Assembly (NCBI GenBank): GCA_964526695.1
Contig: CAZGJA010000042.1
Coordinates: 21,145-85,144 of the forward strand
Direction of reading: 5' to 3'
Length of the DNA stretch: 64,000 bases
Origin: an uncultured Phycisphaeraceae bacterium
Lineage (GTDB): Bacteria; Planctomycetota; Phycisphaerae; UBA1845
Positions 29,439 through 36,163 of this stretch are shown here, piece after piece. How positions within the stretch are numbered: the stretch's first letter is position 1; each line of letters starts with the position of its first letter. The notes below the pieces were generated by a model. That model did not search any database, was not told the DNA's origin, and worked only from the letters and a program-made list of their open reading frames with translations. A program made the position numbers and the translations under genes.

Positions 29439-29593
29439 AATACGCTCCATTTGTTTCAAGTTAATAAACAACCATCAACCGCTCATCCACCTCACAGATA
29501 GGCTGCAAAATGCAGCCCATCGGCCAAGCGATGAACATGGAGCACAGACAGTGGCGTGAACGATGGTCAGGTGACCTCATGGTGCAGACCGCA

Positions 29594-29723
29594 ACGCCCG
29601 GTCGAATGTTTGAGAGCCCGGACCGGTGAGGGGCTCATGCAAACCCACGAAGGGGTTGCTCCGTGACGCGACTCGGAGGCCGGCTTCCGCCGCCCGGTCG
29701 CGGTATTTCGTTGACAAAGAGCA
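29594..29723 (-). ncRNA. Structured leader element copy 2 with upstream boxA-like site
   Basis: Same motif 550 nt from copy 1; TGCTCTTTGTCAAC at 29723-29710. Confidence 0.7.
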
Positions 29724-30371
29724 TGCCGGCCGGCAGCGGTCCCACGGACGGCCCACGGCCCGGCCCTCCATTGTATGCACGCCTGATGGGCAAGGGTACG
29801 CCACCGGGGCGGCGTGGCCGTCGTTTTTGGCGATCGCTGGCCGGGAATCCGTCTGAGCCGCCCGCCAAGGTCTGAATCCGGGCGCGACGGTGGACGCCAA
29901 CGGAATCCTCCGGAAAGCCGCTTTGCACCGCCCCGCGGCTCCGGCTATCTCCCGGTCGTGCGAAAAAACCGCCTGGGGCCAATACGGCAATCTGGGTAGC
30001 TTTGGGTGAATGGTCACGAGTTAAGTGCGGAAGACTTTCCCTGTCCGGGCCGTCGCCCTTCCCCGCGAGCCCGGCCCGGAAGCCGGGTGCCGCCGGGCCT
30101 GGGAGCGATGCAGTCCCGTCCAATCGCGGGATTTGCCGTTGCCGTAGCGAACCCTCGGCTCGCCCGTGAAGCCGTAAGTGCCTTGCGGCAAAAGAGGTTC
30201 GGGATTCGGCCTGCGGCTCGGGACCCTGTCGGCCGTCGCTGGCCCGGAGACGAGCGAAGCGAGCCGGCGGCGGTCGATAGGGTGAGGCGCGGGCACCCCG
30301 CCTGCGGAGGGGCTCCCGGAGGCCCGAGCGTGCAGGCTTCTTGCTTCCGAGGTGCCGAGGTGGACGTCCAG

Positions 30372-31771
30372 CTACGTGTCGTCTGGGGCGTTCGTGGGGC
30401 GTTTCTGAGGCGTTTGAGGCGTTTGTGAGGCGTTTAGCACGTAGTGCGTGGCCCGGCCGGTCCGACCCCGCCGGCGGAGCAGTTGGCGGGAGACGAGTTC
30501 GTCCAGGCAACGTGACGCCGTCTGCCGGGACACGCCGAGCAATTGCTGAACCTGCTGGTTGGTCACGCGCGGCTGTTGCTTGGCGAGCAGAACGACGCGA
30601 ACCCGGTCGTCGGTAAGCCCCATCGCGCGTAGTTGCTCGGGCGTGAACCGATCCTTGGCGAAGACGACCTGGAAGCCGCCCGATTCCTCGGCGAAGCGTG
30701 GTTCCGGGAGGCCCTGCTCGCGACACAGCTCGCGCATCCGCGTCGTGCCCGTGCCCCAGCCTAAATAAGCTCAGCAAAGAAGAACATGCGGGCCAGCAGC
30801 GGATTCCGCGGCTGAGAGGAGTGCCGCTCCTTCAACAGGTCTGCCAACGTAATTCCTTCGGGAAGGGGGCCGGGGTTCCAGAAATCGACGCGGTCTTCTT
30901 CGACGCGGATCTGGATGTCGCCCAAGGCCGTGTAATCCCGATGGATGAGTGCGTTGATCGTGGCCTCACGCAGGGCATCGAGCGGGTACTCCCAGGTCTC
31001 GCGGCGTTGAATACCCTCGACGGTCATTGCGGTGGACTTGACTTCGGAGCGCAGCGCGAGGTAGCTGCGGAAGGCCTCCAGCACGCCATCGAGCTGCTGC
31101 CAGAGGTTGCCGGTGATCAGCCGGTCGTCCAGCGTGACTCCGTTCTTGAAGTGACCGATGTGGACCTGACCCGACGTGGCGACATGCTCCGGGTGCTTTC
31201 CGAACAACATCACCGCGGCCTTCGTGACTACGCCGTCGCGAAGCAGCCGAAGGTTTGTGAGTGCCTCCCGTGGATCATCGCTTTCGCTGAGCTTGGGGAG
31301 GCGTTTGGCGGCCAAACGGACGAACCGGCGAAACGCGTCGAGGTCGAGCGAACTGAAAGGAAGATCGGTGGGCAGCGCGTCCCACGTTTCGCCCAGTTTC
31401 GACATGAGCCGACGGCCGACCTGGTCCGGCGTCATGTCGCGGTTCGTGCTGCCGACGCGGGTCAGGTACCGGCCGCGGTACGCGGTCGGGACAGTAGTCG
31501 GCTCGACGCATAAGCACAGGACGGGCTTGCGGCCACGCAGCTCGATGCGGATGGCTGGTCGCAGGCCGAGCGCTTGAACGACCTGGTTGGCAATGCGCTG
31601 CTGCTCGGCGTCGTTGCCCGACCAGCCTACGACCTGCGCGTCATCGTTGACTCCGACATGTACCGTGCCGCCCTTGTGGTTCGCGAAGGCGGCGAGCGTT
31701 TCCAGCGCGGAGTCAGTCCAGCGCTCCTTGAACTCGACCGTTTCGCCTTCCTTCGGTTTCAAGCGGGCCAT
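30372..31771 (-). pseudogene. Disrupted Schlafen/AlbA_2-RecG_C-wHTH ATP-binding protein
   Basis: EGETVEFKE..AFAN.KGG, EATINALIHRDY, RNPLLA; reads ATT TAG GC TGG GGC ACG (expected I-E-A-W-G-T-G): stop at 30761-63 plus 1-nt frameshift. Confidence 0.8.
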
Positions 31772-31894
31772 ACTCGATTCTCGCTCGATCCCAGCACCGG
31801 TGCAACGAAGAGCACGCCGTGCCGAGGGAAAACGAGGTAAGCCGAATGAGCGGACTTCCGCGAGAGTCCGTCGGAGTGCATGCGATCGCGAATC

Positions 31895-32362
31895 TCAAAT
31901 CCCGATCAGAACGGCCAGAATAGCGAACGCAAGGAAAACCATGTTCGCACCTGCGATGCGGCGAGGGGGAATGTCTCGCGCAATCAGCACACCGTTGATG
32001 ACCAGGAACGCGACTGCAACCAGGTGCCACACCTGCCAAGTTCCAAAAGGTGGAAGTGGCCGGCACAATGACGCCTCGAGACCCCACCAAGACATGTCAA
32101 TCGAGTCGAGGGCTGCGGCGGCGGACGAGGACGCAAAGTAAGACAGAAAGCCGAGCACGACGAACGCGATTCCGACAGCAGCGAGCGAAAGGCGTCGTCG
32201 AAGTAGGCCCCACAGCATACCGAACAGTCCGACGAGCAGGAGCCCGGAGCGCGCCAGCGCGATGTACTCCTGCTGGTTGGCGGCGGCGACCGCCAGCCAG
32301 AGCGCGATCGGCGCGACGAGAATGGCTGCGAGAAAGATGAGAACGCGGGTCACGTTGTTCAT
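31895..32362 (-). CDS. Multi-pass membrane protein
   Basis: About 5 hydrophobic segments; ATGA overlap with the AAA gene. Confidence 0.75.
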   Translation of the reverse strand: MNNVTRVLIFLAAILVAPIALWLAVAAANQQEYIALARSGLLLVGLFGMLWGLLRRRLSLAAVGIAFVVLGFLSYFASSSAAAALDSIDMSWWGLEASLCRPLPPFGTWQVWHLVAVAFLVINGVLIARDIPPRRIAGANMVFLAFAILAVLIGI

Positions 32363-33756
32363 TGGATCCCTCCCGGAGCGGTCGAGGGGTTCACCCCGGC
32401 GCGCGCGTTAGCATGGGGGAGTTCGATCGGGACGCAGGTGAGCGGCGGACCGGCACAAACGCGTACAGGGCTTCCGGATGCACCTGCCTCGACGAGGGCA
32501 TTACCGAGAATCGCATCGATGGCGTATTCGTACGGCCGGGCACCGAAGACCTGACTCCTGGTGTGCTCCAGGATGCGAACAATCACGGCCGGTTCGATGT
32601 ACGCAACGTTGACCCCGTACTCCTGGGCAACCGCATGAACGGCAGACGCTGCGATTTCAGTCAAGGCGTTGGTGGAGAGCGGCCTAAATACGAAGAAGCG
32701 GTTGATTCGCCCGACGAGTTCTGGCGCGATGCCAGCGGCCCGGACGTGGCTACGGCAAACCTCATCTGTACGGACACTGTCATCGAAGGACTCGGTTCGA
32801 GCAAGTTCAGCGACGATGCCGTCTGAGTCCAAGTTGGCTGTGAAGATGAAGATAGCGCGCCGGCAATCGACTTCGCGCGTGCCGGTCGCAGTGCGCGACG
32901 GACTGGAGAGTCGGCCGGCGTCCATCGCGTTCATCAGGGTCTGAAGGATGGTGGGATGCGCTTTCTCTATTTCATCGAAGAGGACGACGCGCCGGGGATT
33001 GACTGCGAGGTCGTCAACTAGTTGCGCGCCTTCGCCGTGGCCGACATATCCCTGCGGAGCCCCAAGGAGCTGACTCCGGCGATGGGACTCGCCGTATTCT
33101 GACATGTCCAACCGGGTATACGAGTAGCCGATTTTCCGGGGATCAAGAGTCTGAATGACCTTGGACACGAGCGCGGCCGTACGAGTCTTTCCGACGCCTG
33201 TTGGCCCTGCGAACCAGCACGTGCATGGCCGGCGCGGGTCGATGCGGGCGACGTGGCGGCATACCTGTTCGGCCAACGGGCGCAGCACGTGGTCCTGACC
33301 GAATACATGGCGGCGGAGCTCTTCCGCGAAGCGGCTGGAGTCGACATGCGGGGCACTGTGAGTTCCTGCCTGGACAGCCTGTAACTGTTGGATCGTCGAC
33401 AGATCCGTTAGCTGCGCGACTGCCGGCGCGGAGGAATCCGGTTGACCGGCGTCAGCCGGGTAGACAGGCGCAAGGTCCGAAACGATCCACTCACGCAGGG
33501 CATGGAAATGTGGAAAACGCTTCTCTCCTCTGCTCAACCATCGCCGCAACTCGCGGTTCTGTCCCGTGTAGCGCACGCCGGTCTGGACGTAAAGGATCGC
33601 CGCCCGCGATCCGGCGTCTACCTCGAACCCGACGTGCGCATGGGACGGCTGGCATCCTGGGGGCATGCACTGGTCTCGAAATCGAATACAATGCGCAGAA
33701 GCCCTCCGCTCCAGTTGAGCCCACGCGTCGTCGCTGCCGTGGATGAATTGGTGCAT
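32359..33756 (-). CDS. ClpB/ClpA D2-type single-ring AAA+ ATPase with unknown N-domain
   Basis: GPTGVGKT, LDMSEY, pore loop GYVG, VVLFDEIEKAHP, PELVGRI, GARP; GAGGAG RBS. Confidence 0.92.
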   Translation of the reverse strand: MHQFIHGSDDAWAQLERRASAHCIRFRDQCMPPGCQPSHAHVGFEVDAGSRAAILYVQTGVRYTGQNRELRRWLSRGEKRFPHFHALREWIVSDLAPVYPADAGQPDSSAPAVAQLTDLSTIQQLQAVQAGTHSAPHVDSSRFAEELRRHVFGQDHVLRPLAEQVCRHVARIDPRRPCTCWFAGPTGVGKTRTAALVSKVIQTLDPRKIGYSYTRLDMSEYGESHRRSQLLGAPQGYVGHGEGAQLVDDLAVNPRRVVLFDEIEKAHPTILQTLMNAMDAGRLSSPSRTATGTREVDCRRAIFIFTANLDSDGIVAELARTESFDDSVRTDEVCRSHVRAAGIAPELVGRINRFFVFRPLSTNALTEIAASAVHAVAQEYGVNVAYIEPAVIVRILEHTRSQVFGARPYEYAIDAILGNALVEAGASGSPVRVCAGPPLTCVPIELPHANARAGVNPSTAPGGIQ

Positions 33757-33770
33757 GTCAAACTCCTCAA

Positions 33771-35471
33771 TCAGGGCCTGGGCGAGGGACGCATCAGACG
33801 CGTATCTGCAAACGTGCCAGCAGCATTACGAAGGTCACCAGTACCAGAGCAGTCCGGGCACACCGGCCGGGTAGGTGATTGCCCAGCATCCGGCGCCTGT
33901 GCCAGGAACAGAGTATCCAGCATGACGAAGCTGCCTGCGTCGGCGGCGCCCGCGATCCGCCTTCCAAATGTGTTGCCGAATGTAACGTCGAAGTTCGGAT
34001 CCATTCTGATACGCAACAGGTTGCGTGAACCGAGCATGGTCACCATGTTTCCCCAGCGTGGGTGGTCCGTGCTGTGGTGCGTGACGGCAAGCAGAACATG
34101 GCCGAGAATCGCGTTGAGCATTTCCGCGGCGAAGATGGGTGCGCCAGTTGAGCTTACCGTGTTGCGATAACCGTTCTCGTACGCCGCGTAGCGCGACGAT
34201 GTGATGCAGCGATGGCACGCAGGTGACACGCCCGGGATCGTGTACGTGACTTCCGCTCCGCGCCCTTCTACGTACTCTTGGGCACAGATGGTCGGCAGCC
34301 CGAAGTGCAGACCCAGCCGGTGCCCACGGGCGTTTGCCTCGAAGTTGTCAGTCAGGACCAGTAGAATCCACAATCGCGGAAGGCTTACCGCCCCCGTCGA
34401 CTCCGCCCGCATTGGCTGGCGGAGTAGGACTTCAAACGTCTCGTCGTCAATTGCTTCGATAGGTTCGGAGACAGCCAGCGCTGCCGATGCGGGATTGAGA
34501 CGTACCACATCCGCGGCCAGCGCCTCCGCCTTGGGCTTCCCGATAGCTTCGGGTTCGGCCTGCTGAGAAAAGATGTTGGCCGCAGTAACTTCGTCGGGAT
34601 CGACGAGCACTACCTCGCCATACCCCATCCGTGCGCAGTTGCGAACGAGCGAGGCTGCGCCGCCCACCCCGATCACGATGAGCCGGGTGGCGTCCAAGAG
34701 CTCCAGGTCGCAAGCAGAACCGAGCCGAGTAAGGTACTGGTCCCTCTTGGCCACGGCGTTGGCCTGGGCGGCGATCTCGTCGGTGGTAGCGGGCTGCGTA
34801 GTCACGCATTTCGGCCCAGCGCTGAGTCGCGCCCCGGGTTCCAGGGAGGCGAAGTTCCCATAGTACTTATGGCGAAGCGTCGGACGCAGTTCTCCGGGGC
34901 TTTCTTTGAGGCGTGGGAGAGTTGGAGCGGGGCTCTTCATCTCGGACGCCACGATAATGGGCTGCCGTGCGGACCCATCCGGCCCGCCATCGACAACGCG
35001 CAGCCGTCCTTTGACGATGTTGCAGCGTGAGCGATCCGTCGGGCTTGGGACCGCTGCGTACGTCAGGACCTGGAAGGCGCCGCTGTCGACCGTCGTCATA
35101 ACGATCGGGAGCCACAGCAGCTCAAGTTTCTTGAAGCACCTGAGTATCTGACCGGCATACCACTCGTCGTATCCCGACGGGCGCCGGACGCCGGCCGGAT
35201 GGCTATGCGCAAAGCCGCAGAACTCGATCCCGCTGACCTTCCATTCCTTGATGACGCGATTGAGCGACCCAATGTCCGGATCATACGCGGCGGCGCTGCA
35301 CCGGCCGTTCTTATCCGCCTCGAAGCTGCAAATGTAGCCATCCGGTCCGCGTCCGAGCATGCCGCCACGTTCTGCGCGGTGCTGGCCGATGAAGGCGCGG
35401 ATCTGTCCGAGCACGTTTTTTGACATCCGTAGGGTTGGGGCCGTTGTCGCATTGTTCTGATTTGTCACCAC
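33771..35471 (-). CDS. JAB/MPN+ isopeptidase fused to ThiF/E1-like adenylation domain
   Basis: ERGGMLG plus exact JAMM H-x-H-x7-S-x2-D (HSHPAGVRRPSGYD); VIGVGG, VDPDEV, GKPKA, TDN, Zn motifs CHRC and CPDC; AGGAGG RBS, GTG start. Confidence 0.9.
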   Translation of the reverse strand: MVTNQNNATTAPTLRMSKNVLGQIRAFIGQHRAERGGMLGRGPDGYICSFEADKNGRCSAAAYDPDIGSLNRVIKEWKVSGIEFCGFAHSHPAGVRRPSGYDEWYAGQILRCFKKLELLWLPIVMTTVDSGAFQVLTYAAVPSPTDRSRCNIVKGRLRVVDGGPDGSARQPIIVASEMKSPAPTLPRLKESPGELRPTLRHKYYGNFASLEPGARLSAGPKCVTTQPATTDEIAAQANAVAKRDQYLTRLGSACDLELLDATRLIVIGVGGAASLVRNCARMGYGEVVLVDPDEVTAANIFSQQAEPEAIGKPKAEALAADVVRLNPASAALAVSEPIEAIDDETFEVLLRQPMRAESTGAVSLPRLWILLVLTDNFEANARGHRLGLHFGLPTICAQEYVEGRGAEVTYTIPGVSPACHRCITSSRYAAYENGYRNTVSSTGAPIFAAEMLNAILGHVLLAVTHHSTDHPRWGNMVTMLGSRNLLRIRMDPNFDVTFGNTFGRRIAGAADAGSFVMLDTLFLAQAPDAGQSPTRPVCPDCSGTGDLRNAAGTFADTRLMRPSPRP

Positions 35472-35483
35472 AATCCTCCTCGG

Positions 35484-35786
35484 CTACCAAGAGCCGGTCT
35501 TGATGTACTTGACGGTATGCCGGGACCACGACTCCGCGATGGTTCGAGCCTCTCGCAGGGTTCTGGGCGGCGGTTCGTAGCAGATATGCGGTCTGCCAAA
35601 ACACCCCAGCCCGTATCGATGCGTGGAGTGGCCATCCGTCGCTCGGCCGGCCGGATATGAAGGCTGTTTATCGATGTATATCCGGATCGTTCCGTCGGTC
35701 TGCTCCACGAGCGAGAAGTGGAACGACGTGGTCGGGCTCGCGTACACGTCGTACCAAAAGCTGTCGATCTTCCTCCGATCTGCCAT
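35484..35786 (-). CDS. E2/UBC-like protein (divergent)
   Basis: Beta-rich FHFSLVEQTDGTIRIYIDKQPSYP, then STHR...GRPHIC and an LxEAxxIAxxW helix, resembling the E2 P-x-x-P/H...IC layout; AGGAGG RBS. Confidence 0.6.
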   Translation of the reverse strand: MADRRKIDSFWYDVYASPTTSFHFSLVEQTDGTIRIYIDKQPSYPAGRATDGHSTHRYGLGCFGRPHICYEPPPRTLREARTIAESWSRHTVKYIKTGSW

Positions 35787-35813
35787 GGTCATCCTCCTGT
35801 TCCGATGAGAGGC

Positions 35814-35852
35814 ACAAAGGCCCCCGGCGGCGCGGGCGGCGCCGTCGGGGGC
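35814..35852 (-). terminator. GC hairpin/attenuator between repeat peptide and E2-like gene
   Basis: Sense GCCCCCGACGGCGC-CGCCC-GCGCCGCCGGGGGC then CTTTGT (weak U-tract). Confidence 0.55.
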
Positions 35853-35863
35853 TGAAGTTGGGA

Positions 35864-36016
35864 CTAGCGGAAGCCGCCTGGCGGCAGCTCCTCATCGCCC
35901 CGGAATCCACCGGCCGGGAGTTCCTCGTCCCCGCGGAATCCGCCGGGCGGGAGCTCCTCGTCCCCACGGAACCCTCCGACGGGGAGCGATGCTTCGAAAT
36001 CGTAGATCGCCTTCAC
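35864..36016 (-). CDS. 50-aa tandem-repeat peptide MKAIYDFEASLPVGGFR(GDEELP[P/A]GGFR)x3
   Basis: Hand-translated, absent from the ORF track; GGAGGT RBS plus GTG; 33-bp repeats differ mainly at synonymous sites. Confidence 0.85.
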   Translation of the reverse strand: MKAIYDFEASLPVGGFRGDEELPPGGFRGDEELPAGGFRGDEELPPGGFR

Positions 36017-36096
36017 GATCCACCTCCAATCTCAAACTGTTGGAAGACCCGTGCTTCACTCGGAGCCGAAGCACCTGGCTCACCATCGGGACGCAT
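36013..36096 (-). CDS. 27-aa upstream peptide MRPDGEPGASAPSEARVFQQFEIGGGS
   Basis: GGAGGT RBS plus ATG 36096; TGA overlaps the GTG of the repeat peptide (GTGA coupling). Confidence 0.45.
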   Translation of the reverse strand: MRPDGEPGASAPSEARVFQQFEIGGGS

Positions 36097-36163
36097 GGTA
36101 ACCTCCGCTCCCATCATGTACAAGGCTCTCTACCGTACCAGTAGAAAATAGCGACAACAAATC

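Noticed and set aside
15754-29930. Shared 14-mer GCCGCTTTGCACCG near leader copies 3 and 2
   Set aside because: Opposite orientation relative to the motifs and unaligned flanks; plausible by chance in GC-rich DNA.
35864-35985. Mini-CRISPR or non-coding DNA repeat
   Set aside because: Contiguous 33-nt period with no spacers, and variation concentrated at synonymous sites.
35892-36086. 64-aa ORF from the track (MVSQVLRL...) and 35668-35967
   Set aside because: Shadow frames without an RBS; the RBS-supported, synonymously diverged frame is 36016-35864.
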